A DNA stretch of 64,000 bases from Candidatus Poribacteria bacterium (GTDB taxonomy: Bacteria > Poribacteria > WGA-4E > WGA-3G), in NCBI GenBank assembly GCA_022821065.1, contig JAJEEK010000037.1, positions 16,642 to 80,641 on the forward strand, in the 5' to 3' direction. Of the stretch, positions 6,940-16,136 are shown in pieces. A model generated the notes under the pieces. The model saw only the letters and a list, made by a program, of their open reading frames with translations. It did no database searches and was not told where the DNA came from. Every line of letters starts with the position of its first letter. The stretch's first letter is position 1. The translations under genes and the position numbers were made by a program.

Positions 6940-9597
6940 ATGACATCAGATGAAATTAGATCAAGTTTCTTAGAATACTTCCGCAAAAATGGGCACACGA
7001 TTGTTCCGAGTGCGTCCTTGATACCGGCAGATGACCCGACGCTGTTGTTTACGAACGCGGGTATGAACCAATTCAAGGATGTATTTCTCGGTATCGGGCA
7101 GCGGGAATACACGCGCGCCGTTGATACGCAGAAATGCCTACGCGTTAGCGGTAAACACAATGATCTTGAAGAGGTCGGTTATTCTCCGAGTCACCACACA
7201 TTTTTTGAGATGCTTGGGAACTGGTCGTTTGGCGACTATTACAAGCAAGAAGCGATTGCCTTTGCCTGGGAGTTGGTAACTGAACTCTGGCAGATACCAA
7301 CGGAACTTCTCTGGGCAACAGTGTACCTTGAAGACGACGAAGCAGAGAAATTTTGGCTCCAAGAGACAGATATCCCGCTCTCGCGTATCCGTCGCTGTGA
7401 TAAGGATAATTTTTGGGAAATGGGAGAGACGGGCCCTTGCGGACCCTGTAGTGAACTTTTTGTTGATATGGGTGTTGAAGCCTATCCTGAAACCGCGAGT
7501 GACCCGAACACCGGTCCGAACATCAGCGATCGGTTCCGAGAAATCTGGAATCTGGTGTTTATTCAATACAATCGGAATGAAAGCGGTGCGCTTGAACGGC
7601 TGCCTGCGACACACGTAGATACAGGCATGGGCTTTGAACGGATTACCTCTATATTGCAAGGTGTCGATTCAAACTACAAGACGGACCTCTTTACACCGCT
7701 CTTGTCAACTATCGCTGATATAACAGACAGTGCCTATTTTGATGATGAACGTGGCTTACCGCATCGCGTTATCGCTGATCATATCCGGTGTTTGACGTTC
7801 GCTATCGGTGATGGTGTGATGCCATCGAATGAGGGGCGCGGTTATGTCATCCGCCGAATTTTGCGGCGCGCTGTGCTTTACGGGAAAAAATTGGAGATGA
7901 ACGAAGCCTTCATCTATCGACTTGTTGATAACGTTATCGAGTTGCTCGGTGATGTATTTCCTGATGTCCTGCCGCGCCATGAATTTATCACGCGAACGAT
8001 TCAGAGTGAAGAGAACCGTTTTCATCAGACAATTGAGCGCGGCTTAGAGCTCCTCGATCAATCGTTTGATACACTCGCAACGGAAAACAACACCGAACTT
8101 GATGGCAAACGTGCCTTTGAGTTGCATGATACGTTCGGTTTCCCGCTCGATTTGACCCAGATGCTCGCCCGTGAACGCGGGTTTACTGTAGACGATGCAG
8201 GTTTTGTAGATAGCATGGCGGAACAGCGGGAACGTGGGCGCGCTGCATGGGAGGCGAAAGGCGGCACTAAGGACGAAGAGATTTCTATCTATGCAGAGGT
8301 GCTTAAAGAACACGGTGAAACGGAATTTGTCGGCTATAAGGAAGATAGTATTGATGCCGAAATTGTGGCTTTAGTCGCCGGTTCCGAGTCTGTAGGCAGT
8401 GCCCAGGCGGGGGACGAGGTGTTTGTGTTGTTGAATCGTACCCCATTTTATGGTGAGTCGGGTGGACAAGTCGGTGATATTGGCATTATTGAAAGTCGAG
8501 ATGCGAAATTGCGTGTTGAAGACACCCGTAAACCGTCCGCAGATTTGTTCGTTCATAAATGTAAAGTGCTTGAAGGTGAAATTACACCGTATACCACCGT
8601 TCATGCGAAAATTGATACCGAGCATCGAAGTGCCGTTGCTGTGAGCCACACGGCGACGCACCTTCTACATAGTGGATTACGGCAGGTGCTGGGCACACAC
8701 GTCGGGCAAGCAGGTTCACTCGTTGAAGCCGGTAGGTTGCGGTTCGACTTTTCGCACTACGAATCTGTTTCATCGGAACAATTACGGGAGATTGAGGCGT
8801 ACGTCAACGAAAGGATTCGTGGTAACGATGTGCTCTCTATCCGTGAGATGCCGTTGGATGCCGCGAAGGCGAAAGGTGCGTTAGCCTTTTTCGGGGACAA
8901 ATACGGCGACATCGTCCGCGTTGTGCAGGCTGGCGACTATAGTGTTGAGCTCTGTGGCGGTACGCACGTCAATGCGACTGGTGAACTCGGTTTCGTGAAA
9001 CTCATGAGCGAGAGCAGTATCGCTGCGGGTGTCCGACGCGTTGAGGCGTTGACGGGAAATACAGCGATGACGACTGTCCAAGAGGATACCGCGCTGATCT
9101 CTGATGTGGCGGGTCTGTTGAAAGCACCTAAAACGGATTTACGCGAACGGATTGAACGACTTCTTCAGGAACAGCGGGAGTTGGAACAGCAGCTGCAACA
9201 ACTTAAAAGCCAACAGGCACTTGGTAACGTTGATGCGTTGGTCAAGGGAGCGGCACTCGTAGCGGATGTGCCTGTTGTTGCTTCGCATGTAGCAGGTACA
9301 GATAGGAACGGATTGCGTCGGCTCGTTGATGAAATCAAGAACCGTTTAGCGTCAGGCGTTGTTGCCCTTGCCGCTGTGTCAGGAAACGAAGTCGCCTTTG
9401 TTGTGGGTGTTACCTCGGACTTAGTGAAAGATCGCGGTTTACATGCTGGCAAAATTATTTCGGAATTAGCACAGTTGGCAGATGGTCGCGGTGGCGGTCG
9501 TCCGGAACTTGCGCAAGGTGGCGGTAAAAACGCGAACAAAGTGGATGCGGCGATTGATGCAGCCGGTGAAATCGTTAAGAAACAACTTCAAACTTAA
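6940..9597 (+). CDS. alaS: Alanine--tRNA ligase
   Basis: The 885 aa product starts MTSDEIRSSFLEYFRKNGHTIVPSASLIP..DPTLLFTNAGMNQFK. It has the editing-domain HxxxH motif (HTATHLLH) and CGGTHV, plus a C-terminal DHHA1-like tail. Confidence 0.97.
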   Translation: MTSDEIRSSFLEYFRKNGHTIVPSASLIPADDPTLLFTNAGMNQFKDVFLGIGQREYTRAVDTQKCLRVSGKHNDLEEVGYSPSHHTFFEMLGNWSFGDYYKQEAIAFAWELVTELWQIPTELLWATVYLEDDEAEKFWLQETDIPLSRIRRCDKDNFWEMGETGPCGPCSELFVDMGVEAYPETASDPNTGPNISDRFREIWNLVFIQYNRNESGALERLPATHVDTGMGFERITSILQGVDSNYKTDLFTPLLSTIADITDSAYFDDERGLPHRVIADHIRCLTFAIGDGVMPSNEGRGYVIRRILRRAVLYGKKLEMNEAFIYRLVDNVIELLGDVFPDVLPRHEFITRTIQSEENRFHQTIERGLELLDQSFDTLATENNTELDGKRAFELHDTFGFPLDLTQMLARERGFTVDDAGFVDSMAEQRERGRAAWEAKGGTKDEEISIYAEVLKEHGETEFVGYKEDSIDAEIVALVAGSESVGSAQAGDEVFVLLNRTPFYGESGGQVGDIGIIESRDAKLRVEDTRKPSADLFVHKCKVLEGEITPYTTVHAKIDTEHRSAVAVSHTATHLLHSGLRQVLGTHVGQAGSLVEAGRLRFDFSHYESVSSEQLREIEAYVNERIRGNDVLSIREMPLDAAKAKGALAFFGDKYGDIVRVVQAGDYSVELCGGTHVNATGELGFVKLMSESSIAAGVRRVEALTGNTAMTTVQEDTALISDVAGLLKAPKTDLRERIERLLQEQRELEQQLQQLKSQQALGNVDALVKGAALVADVPVVASHVAGTDRNGLRRLVDEIKNRLASGVVALAAVSGNEVAFVVGVTSDLVKDRGLHAGKIISELAQLADGRGGGRPELAQGGGKNANKVDAAIDAAGEIVKKQLQT

Positions 9598-9690
9598 GCT
9601 TGCAGGACACGCGCCTTATAAGACAGATACCGGTAAAAGGATTATCTACGATGAGCCAGTGTCTAATCGCGAGCATACAAAGGAGAAACG

Positions 9691-10248
9691 ATGGATTGGA
9701 GTTTTATTGCCTCTCTTTTTTGGAAATTTAGTCTTGGGATTTTGCTACTCGCGCTGACGGCATTGGTTGGGTACCTTTGCGCGATGTTTGGTAGCCTCCG
9801 TAATTCACTAAATAGTATCCGAAATACGTTGAACTCCGCCGAAAACATTATTAATCAGGAGGTCGGGGTGCTGCTGACTGATGTGGATAAGACGGTGAAA
9901 GAGGTTAACAAGGAGCTGCCGCAGCTGCTACAAAATTTGAATGGATTGACGGCATCCTTACAAACGATTAGCGATTCCGAAGTCCGAGCCACTGCGCATA
10001 ATATCCAAGAAATGAGCGGTGCTCTGAATCAGAGTCTCCAACAGCTTGAAGAACTGGTTCAGAAAGCGAGTCGTTTTTCTGGGCAAACGATTGAACAAGC
10101 GACATTTTTCCGTAATCAGCTCGCAGGCTCTCTGACTGAGGTAGTAAGTTTGTGGCAGGGGCTCAAAGCGGGGTGGGGTAGTTTCGCATCCGGCCAATCA
10201 TCTGCCCCATCTGAAGATACATCGTCAGCTGAGGTACCCACTGAATAA
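9691..10248 (+). CDS. Membrane-anchored coiled-coil protein (DUF948-like), function unknown
   Basis: One N-terminal TM segment (FWKFSLGILLLALTALVGYLCAMF) is followed by a long helical, Q/L-rich region. I found no catalytic motif. Confidence 0.4.
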   Translation: MDWSFIASLFWKFSLGILLLALTALVGYLCAMFGSLRNSLNSIRNTLNSAENIINQEVGVLLTDVDKTVKEVNKELPQLLQNLNGLTASLQTISDSEVRATAHNIQEMSGALNQSLQQLEELVQKASRFSGQTIEQATFFRNQLAGSLTEVVSLWQGLKAGWGSFASGQSSAPSEDTSSAEVPTE

Positions 10249-10441
10249 CAGAATTCCAAGAGACCGAAACCAAAATATTACGACAAAATCACCTTAAGAG
10301 ATATGCATGAGAATTGAAACTTTTAAGACGAATTTTCGTATAGTAGGAGTAGTTTTACTTGCAGGTTATGTCATGTTTAGCAACACGTTTTAGTTTGCAA
10401 GTTACGCCAAAATAGACTCTCCAATAGAAAGGATATAAAAA

Positions 10442-10849
10442 ATGAGTAATAATGGACAGAACAACGGACTCACGATGATTTTTGCATTTTTCACTGGTTT
10501 TATGGCAGGTGCTGTGGTCAGTCTCCTCTATGCGCCGACTTCTGGTAAGGAGACTCGTCAGAAGATTCGCGATACATCGATTGATGCCAAAAACCGGACA
10601 GTTGAATTCGCGCAACATGCGACGAATAGTGCCCGGCAAGGGGTCCAGACTCTCGTTGAGCAGGGTAGAGAGGGTGTTCACGAAATCGTAGATACTGGGA
10701 AAGAACGTCTCCATGATGCTGGTGAACAGGTGAAGAGTGCGGTGGAGACAGGACGTAAAGTTTCCGCGGATGTTCGTGCGAAAATCGCCGAGTCGATTCC
10801 TGGTGTTGGCAGTGAACAATCGGACGAAGAAGCTCCTGAAGAAGCCTAA
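10442..10849 (+). CDS. YtxH-like general-stress-type protein
   Basis: The signature FFTGFMAGAVVSLLYAPTSGKETRQKIRD matches YtxH. It is followed by a helical, charged region. Confidence 0.6.
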   Translation: MSNNGQNNGLTMIFAFFTGFMAGAVVSLLYAPTSGKETRQKIRDTSIDAKNRTVEFAQHATNSARQGVQTLVEQGREGVHEIVDTGKERLHDAGEQVKSAVETGRKVSADVRAKIAESIPGVGSEQSDEEAPEEA

Positions 10850-10941
10850 ACGTCTCCTGATAATCTGCTGGCTTAGAAGGGTGGGTTCCGTACCTGCTCT
10901 TGCATGTGTACCCAACGACAGACACACCTATCCCTAAATGC

Positions 10942-11691
10942 ATGGAAATTGAAAAGTTAAGATCCCTACTTGAACAGGTTAAAGGTGGAGAGGTTGCAGT
11001 GGATGATGCGCTGCAATCTCTTCGCACGCTCCCGTTTGAAGATTTGGGGTTCTCAAAGATTGATCATCATCGTCAACTCAGGACAGGTTTTCCGGAAGTC
11101 ATTTTCTGTCAAGGGAAGACGGTTGAACATATTCAGCAGATTAGCGAGCGCATCCTCGCAGCGGGACATCCGCTTCTTGCGACGCGTGCGACCCCGGAGA
11201 TGTATGAAGCGGTCAAAGCGATTCAACCTGCGGCGCGTTATAATGCGCTCGGGCGAACTATCAGCGTCGCGCAATCCAAAGATGATGGGATTCCGGGGAT
11301 TCTTGTTGTTTCCGCTGGCACATCCGATTTGCCAGTTGCTGAGGAAGCCGCTGAAACTGCACTGATGATGGGAAACCCACCTGAACGGCTTTACGATGTC
11401 GGTGTTGCTGGGTTACACCGTTTAATTAGCAATCACGAGAAACTTTTATCTGCCCGTGTGATTATTGTTGTTGCGGGTATGGAAGGCGCGCTTCCGAGTG
11501 TTGTCGGTGGGTTGGTAGACTGTCCAGTGATCGCCGTACCGACGAGTATCGGTTACGGTGCAAGTTTCGGTGGACTCGCCGCCCTGTTGGGCATGCTTAA
11601 TAGTTGTGCCTCTGGTGTCACCGTCGTGAATATTGATAACGGTTTCGGTGCTGGCTATAGTGCAGCACTCATCAACCGATTAACATCTTAG
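10942..11691 (+). CDS. larB: Nickel-pincer cofactor biosynthesis protein LarB (PurE-like AIR-carboxylase fold)
   Basis: The N-terminal segment [52 protein letters not shown] and the PurE-like core [14 protein letters not shown]...[15 protein letters not shown] are LarB-like. Start set at MEIEKL. Confidence 0.75.
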   Translation: MEIEKLRSLLEQVKGGEVAVDDALQSLRTLPFEDLGFSKIDHHRQLRTGFPEVIFCQGKTVEHIQQISERILAAGHPLLATRATPEMYEAVKAIQPAARYNALGRTISVAQSKDDGIPGILVVSAGTSDLPVAEEAAETALMMGNPPERLYDVGVAGLHRLISNHEKLLSARVIIVVAGMEGALPSVVGGLVDCPVIAVPTSIGYGASFGGLAALLGMLNSCASGVTVVNIDNGFGAGYSAALINRLTS

Positions 11692-11702
11692 CCTGTTATA
11701 TC

Positions 11703-12311
11703 TTACCCGTTCCTCTCCCCTGATCTCCTAAGCACAACCGATGCCGTTGCACTTTTTGACGGTCCCTGTGTACGAAAACCTGTTTTAGAGGAATCGTGTT
11801 CTGCTTTTACCCGAATGCTCTCGGTATCAATACTGAGAGTGATAACATCTGTTCCAATTTTACATCGAATTTGATAGGGATTTGATACAATTTGCTTCTC
11901 TGCGTAACGAGGCGGGTGCCATGTTACGCCGCATGCCTCCGCATAGGCTGTGAGGCAAGTTGTGGCAGCTTCTGCGGTGTTTCCGTTGGCGTTGAGCGTT
12001 TGTAGCGTGGCATTTGCGGCTCTATTTGCGGCACTTGTTAAACGTTCTTGGATCGTTTTGGCATCACGTTTGTCAATATCGTTATCATCCTTAGTGTTTC
12101 GGAGGGCGGTATAGACGACTGCCGTAAGTACAGCGAGAAAGGCAGCCGTACAGAGAAGGACGGTTGTTCGCAATTCACGACGGCGTGCCATGTTTTCAAA
12201 ATCCTCGCGATGATGTGGATAGAAAGCATCGTGAGCAGAGATTAGCGGACACCAATACAGCATGCCAATGGATTGCAATAGCAGTAAGAGAGCGAAAAAT
12301 TTTAGACGCAT
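11703..12311 (-). CDS. Hypothetical secreted/membrane protein
   Basis: The start MRLKFFALLLLLQSIGMLYW looks like a signal peptide, and a second TM segment follows. I recognised no domain. The start is inferred. Confidence 0.35.
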   Translation of the reverse strand: MRLKFFALLLLLQSIGMLYWCPLISAHDAFYPHHREDFENMARRRELRTTVLLCTAAFLAVLTAVVYTALRNTKDDNDIDKRDAKTIQERLTSAANRAANATLQTLNANGNTAEAATTCLTAYAEACGVTWHPPRYAEKQIVSNPYQIRCKIGTDVITLSIDTESIRVKAEHDSSKTGFRTQGPSKSATASVVLRRSGERNG

Positions 12312-12363
12312 CGGTTTATATTTACCTCTTTTTATCCCCGTAAGAAACACCCCAGCAAAAACA

Positions 12364-12388
12364 CCCCCTTATCAGGGGACTTTAAGAG
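12364..12388. repeat. 25-nt hairpin-containing motif, copy A (CCCCCTTATCAGGGGACTTTAAGAG)
   Basis: It is near-identical to the copy at 26719-26742. It contains the CCCCT-TATC-AGGGG hairpin and lies upstream of a minus-strand gene start. Confidence 0.6.
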
Positions 12389-12474
12389 GGCATTCGTCCG
12401 TCCTATAAACTCGTATAATGTCTAATATAGCAGCAGTTAACAGAAAAGTCAATTTTAGAAAAGGAAAATGAAAC

Positions 12475-12503
12475 TTGACCTAAAATTGTAAATTTGATAG
12501 AAT
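12475..12503 (+). promoter_or_regulatory. Sigma-70-like promoter upstream of the ABC transporter pair
   Basis: TTGACC, 17 nt spacer, TAGAAT. A GGGGAG ribosome-binding site lies before the TTG start at 12540. Confidence 0.45.
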
Positions 12504-12539
12504 AAGGGTATAGACACATAAAAATGGGGAGATAGAAAC

Positions 12540-13217
12540 TTGCAGCAAAGAACACCTATTGAAGAACAGATTGATCTGCCGTTTATAGAATCGTTACGGA
12601 TTAGTTTTCAGAGTTTGAAAATCCGTTTTGGTCGTTCAATTATCACGACAGCGGGGATTACACTGGGTATAGCGTTTCTTGTTTCGGTGTGGATGAATAA
12701 CGAAATCGGTTTAGCGTTACAGGAGAGCGGACGACAATCGACCATCAACACTTTTGAAGAGACAGCGGAACAAGGGATTTCGACAAAAGATATATGGCTG
12801 ATTATAATGTCGTTGATTGTCTGTGTCGTAGGTATTGCGAATTCGATGCTGATGGCAGTGACAGAGCGTTTCCGTGAGATCGGCACGATGAAATGTCTCG
12901 GTGCGTTAGACGGTTTCGTGGTTCGGTTGTTCCTACTCGAATCGGGGTTTCAAGGTTTTTCAGGTGCGCTCATCGGTGCGCTCATCGGGACATTGGGTGC
13001 GGTACTCTTAGGACTCAAAGATTACGGATTAGACCTATTTTTCTATTTTCCATTGTTACCTTCGAGTCCTGAAGATGGGCCGATGCAGCTTGGGGTGATC
13101 GTTATCATTTTACTTGGGTGTATTCTCGGCATGATTTTGGCTGTGATCGGTTCATCGTTCCCCGCGTGGCGTGCAGCGAAACTCCCGCCTGCTGAAGCGA
13201 TGCGTACCGAGGTATAG
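12540..13217 (+). CDS. ABC transporter permease, FtsX-like (MacB/LolC-type, short form)
   Basis: It has four predicted TM segments and the FtsX-domain core MAVTERFREIGTMKCLGALDGFVVRLFLLES. It ends ...AAKLPPAEAMR. The start codon is TTG. Confidence 0.7.
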   Translation: MQQRTPIEEQIDLPFIESLRISFQSLKIRFGRSIITTAGITLGIAFLVSVWMNNEIGLALQESGRQSTINTFEETAEQGISTKDIWLIIMSLIVCVVGIANSMLMAVTERFREIGTMKCLGALDGFVVRLFLLESGFQGFSGALIGALIGTLGAVLLGLKDYGLDLFFYFPLLPSSPEDGPMQLGVIVIILLGCILGMILAVIGSSFPAWRAAKLPPAEAMRTEV

Positions 13218-13231
13218 GACGGAGAAACATT

Positions 13232-13966
13232 ATGGCTGATATTGTTGTGAAGACCGAAGATGTCGTCAAAGAATACCGTATGGGTTCAAACATTCTTCGC
13301 GCTTTGGATGGCATCAACATTGAAATCGAACGTGGGGAATACATCTCACTGATGGGTCCCTCCGGTTCCGGCAAATCTACGCTGTTTAACATGATCGGTG
13401 CGCTTGATCGTCCGACAGAGGGACGGGTTTATATAGATGGACAGAATATGTCGCAGCTGTCGCAAAAACAGATTGCGGCGTTCCGCTGTCACCGTGTCGG
13501 TTATATTTTTCAGAGTTACAACCTGCTGCACGTGCGGAGTGCGCACGGTAACGTAACACTGCCTATGATTTTCGCGGGTATTTCTGAGAAACAACGCAAC
13601 GAAAAAGCGGAAAAATTGTTGGATATGGTCGGTTTAGGGGACAGGATGTACCACCTACCGGATGAATTGTCAGGCGGTCAGCGTCAACGTGTCGCTATCG
13701 CCAGAGCACTTGCGAACGATCCGAGCATTATCCTTGCCGATGAACCGACGGCGAACCTTGATACAATCACCGGACGCGAGATCATTGATCTCATTAAACG
13801 TTTGAATATAGAACAGGGTGTCACAGTCATTTCGGCGACACACGACTTGAAGATGCTTGATGTCTCCGATCGGATTGTGGACATCCGCGACGGACTCGTG
13901 GAACGTATCAGGAATCGAGATGAGATCGAAATCGAGGTCGGTGAAGTCGGCGGTGAGGGTGAGTAA
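13232..13966 (+). CDS. ABC transporter ATP-binding protein (LolD/MacB-type)
   Basis: Walker A GPSGSGKST, signature LSGGQRQRVAIARAL, Walker B ILADEPT, H-loop ATHD. Confidence 0.9.
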   Translation: MADIVVKTEDVVKEYRMGSNILRALDGINIEIERGEYISLMGPSGSGKSTLFNMIGALDRPTEGRVYIDGQNMSQLSQKQIAAFRCHRVGYIFQSYNLLHVRSAHGNVTLPMIFAGISEKQRNEKAEKLLDMVGLGDRMYHLPDELSGGQRQRVAIARALANDPSIILADEPTANLDTITGREIIDLIKRLNIEQGVTVISATHDLKMLDVSDRIVDIRDGLVERIRNRDEIEIEVGEVGGEGE

Positions 13967-13972
13967 AGACTC

Positions 13973-14992
13973 TTAAATTTCGGATAAGAGGACAGGACGG
14001 TTTTCGCGCAGTGATTTCAACGCCGCGAAACCCATCACAACAGGTGCGCGACTGTCTGCACCTGTAACCGGTGGCGTTGTGTCTTCCTGAATGCACGCGA
14101 AAAACGTTTGTAGTTCCGAAAGATATGCTGGCTTGTAGCGTTCGAGAAAGAAATATGGTGGCGATGCAGCGCGAATCCCGTCATGACTGCTAAGAGTGAC
14201 GGTATCCGTCGGTGGATTCTCTGCTGTAACCATCCCTTTTGAACCGAAAACTTCAACGCGCTGGTCGTAACCGTAAACCGCTTCTCTGCTGTTGTCAATC
14301 GTTCCGATGACCCCGTTTTGGAACCGTAGTGTGATGATGGCAGTGTCAATATCGCCTACCTCACCGATCCGCGGATCGATGCGGACCCCACCTGTTGCGT
14401 AGACCTCAACCACTTCGTCTCCGATGAGGTAACGCGCCATATCAAAATCGTGGATTGTCATGTCGAGGAAGATGCCGCCGGAGACTTTGACGTATTCGAT
14501 CAGTGGTGGTGCAGGGTCTCGGCTGGTAATGCGAACGATGTGTGGTTCTCCGATCTCGCCAGTGGCGACTGCCTCGCGTACACGCATGAAATTTGCATCA
14601 AACCGACGGTTAAAACCGATCTGAAACTTCACACCAGCTGCTTCCACAATCGCCAAAGTTTCGTCAATCTGCTGAAGGTTGAGTGCAATCGGTTTTTCGC
14701 AAAAGATGTGTTTCCCTGCTTTTGCTGCGGCTTGACAGATTTCGACGTGTGTATTGGTTGAAGAGGCGACCAACACAGCATCAATTCGAGGGTTTGTCAG
14801 GAGCGGACCATAATCGGTTGTTACTATGGGGACATTAAACCGTTCGGCGAGGGATTCGGCATCAGAAATGTTCAAGCCGCAGATCGAGATGAGTTCGGCT
14901 TCGGGTATGTTTTGGGCGATGTGTTCGATGTGGAGTTGACCGATACGTCCTGCACCGATAACGCCGACACCGATTTTTGAGGGGTTATTCAT
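13973..14992 (-). CDS. Gfo/Idh/MocA family NAD-dependent oxidoreductase (inositol 2-dehydrogenase-like)
   Basis: Rossmann motif IGVGVIGAGRIGQLH and the EKP motif (FCEKPIAL). I set the start at ATG 14992 because the longer ORF start lies inside the MITE at 15000-15152. Confidence 0.8.
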   Translation of the reverse strand: MNNPSKIGVGVIGAGRIGQLHIEHIAQNIPEAELISICGLNISDAESLAERFNVPIVTTDYGPLLTNPRIDAVLVASSTNTHVEICQAAAKAGKHIFCEKPIALNLQQIDETLAIVEAAGVKFQIGFNRRFDANFMRVREAVATGEIGEPHIVRITSRDPAPPLIEYVKVSGGIFLDMTIHDFDMARYLIGDEVVEVYATGGVRIDPRIGEVGDIDTAIITLRFQNGVIGTIDNSREAVYGYDQRVEVFGSKGMVTAENPPTDTVTLSSHDGIRAASPPYFFLERYKPAYLSELQTFFACIQEDTTPPVTGADSRAPVVMGFAALKSLRENRPVLLSEI

Positions 14993-14999
14993 AAAATTG

Positions 15000-15152
15000 T
15001 AGGACTTACGCACTTTTGAAAATAAGTGGTTCTGTTAGATGAAATGTTTCTGAAAACACAGCGTTCTTGTGTCACAAACTAACAGTTTTGCGGTGTACTC
15101 ACCCAGATGCGACGTGCATCGTGGTACAAAAGAGTGTACTGCGTAAGTCCTG
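15000..15152. mobile_element. MITE copy 2 (153 bp, same family as 5007-5127, 5 bp target-site duplication AATTG)
   Basis: The ends are TAGGACTTACGCA...TGCGTAAGTCCTG. AATTG flanks it at 14995-14999 and 15153-15157. It carries a roughly 31 bp internal insertion relative to copy 1 and shares the core GTCACAAACTAACAGTTT. Confidence 0.7.
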
Positions 15153-16049
15153 AATTGAATTCAGGTACTGCAGATTCCGTTCTGCGCTTTCGTAGGGGCT
15201 GCCCATTCCGGGTAAGACATCCTGCTCTACAACGATCCAACCGTCGTAGTTCCGATTTCGCAATTCCGCAAGGAACGCTGGAAAATCGACATCACCGTTC
15301 CCTAATTCACAAAAGACACCGTTGCCGACAGAGGTAAAATAATCCCATTCGTCTCGCCGAGAACGGGCAGCGATGTCGGGGTGGCAGTCCTTGAAATGGA
15401 CGTGCCAAATTCTATCGGCGTGTCGGGTGAACGCTTCAAGTGGGTCTCCACCACCGAATCGGTAGTGTCCTGTGTCGAAACACAGCCCGATGAGGTCAGG
15501 ATCGGTGCGTTGCATCAGTGTGTCGATTTCTGCTGCGGTCTCTATGTATCCGGCGCAGTGGTGATGGAAAACGGTGCGTAGACCTGTTTCTTCTCGTACG
15601 GCTTTGGCGATACGGTGTACGCCTTGTACAAAAATGTCCCACTGTTCGGGTGTCAATCCGTGTTCGGGACGGATACGACCAGCGTATTGGGTGCGGTGTT
15701 CTGTGGTGGCGTTGTCGTCTGAAAGGACGATGAACGGTGTGTCGCCAGCGACATCTGCTAACAGGCGTGCGTGCTGTAGGGCTGAGGCTTCACCGGGGGC
15801 GTGTGTCTCCGCATCGGCGAGTGCGACGGCTACAAACGCGCCTAAGAGTGTTAGCTCACGGGAGGCGAGTTCGGCGCGGAGTTGTTCGGGATCGGTCGGC
15901 ATGAACCCCCAATCGCCTAATTCGGTTCCTGTGTAACCGATGGCGTGCATTTCGTCTAATACTTGTATATAATCGGGTGCTTTGCCGTCTAACTCAAACT
16001 CAAGCACACCCCATGAGCATGGGGCATTTGCGATTTTCATTCGACTCAT
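15099..16049 (-). CDS. Sugar phosphate isomerase/epimerase (xylose-isomerase-like TIM barrel)
   Basis: MKIANAPCSWGVLEFE..., HHHCAGYIE, FDTGH and VHFKD are typical of the AP-endonuclease-2/IolE-like TIM-barrel family. The last 18 codons plus the stop (15099-15152) are encoded by the MITE. Confidence 0.75.
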   Translation of the reverse strand: MSRMKIANAPCSWGVLEFELDGKAPDYIQVLDEMHAIGYTGTELGDWGFMPTDPEQLRAELASRELTLLGAFVAVALADAETHAPGEASALQHARLLADVAGDTPFIVLSDDNATTEHRTQYAGRIRPEHGLTPEQWDIFVQGVHRIAKAVREETGLRTVFHHHCAGYIETAAEIDTLMQRTDPDLIGLCFDTGHYRFGGGDPLEAFTRHADRIWHVHFKDCHPDIAARSRRDEWDYFTSVGNGVFCELGNGDVDFPAFLAELRNRNYDGWIVVEQDVLPGMGSPYESAERNLQYLNSIQDLRSTLFCTTMHVASG

Positions 16050-16136
16050 AAGTCCTCTCTATAATGTTATTCCAGTAGCAGATCGTGACTGGCAGTATCT
16101 CAGGATACGAAGTATAGGATTTCAGTATTGGTATAT

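Noticed and set aside
10355-11027. Minus-strand ORFs 10355-10927 (190 aa) and 10518-11027 (169 aa).
   Set aside because: They overlap the YtxH-like and larB genes, which have clear family motifs and proper RBS/start contexts on the plus strand.
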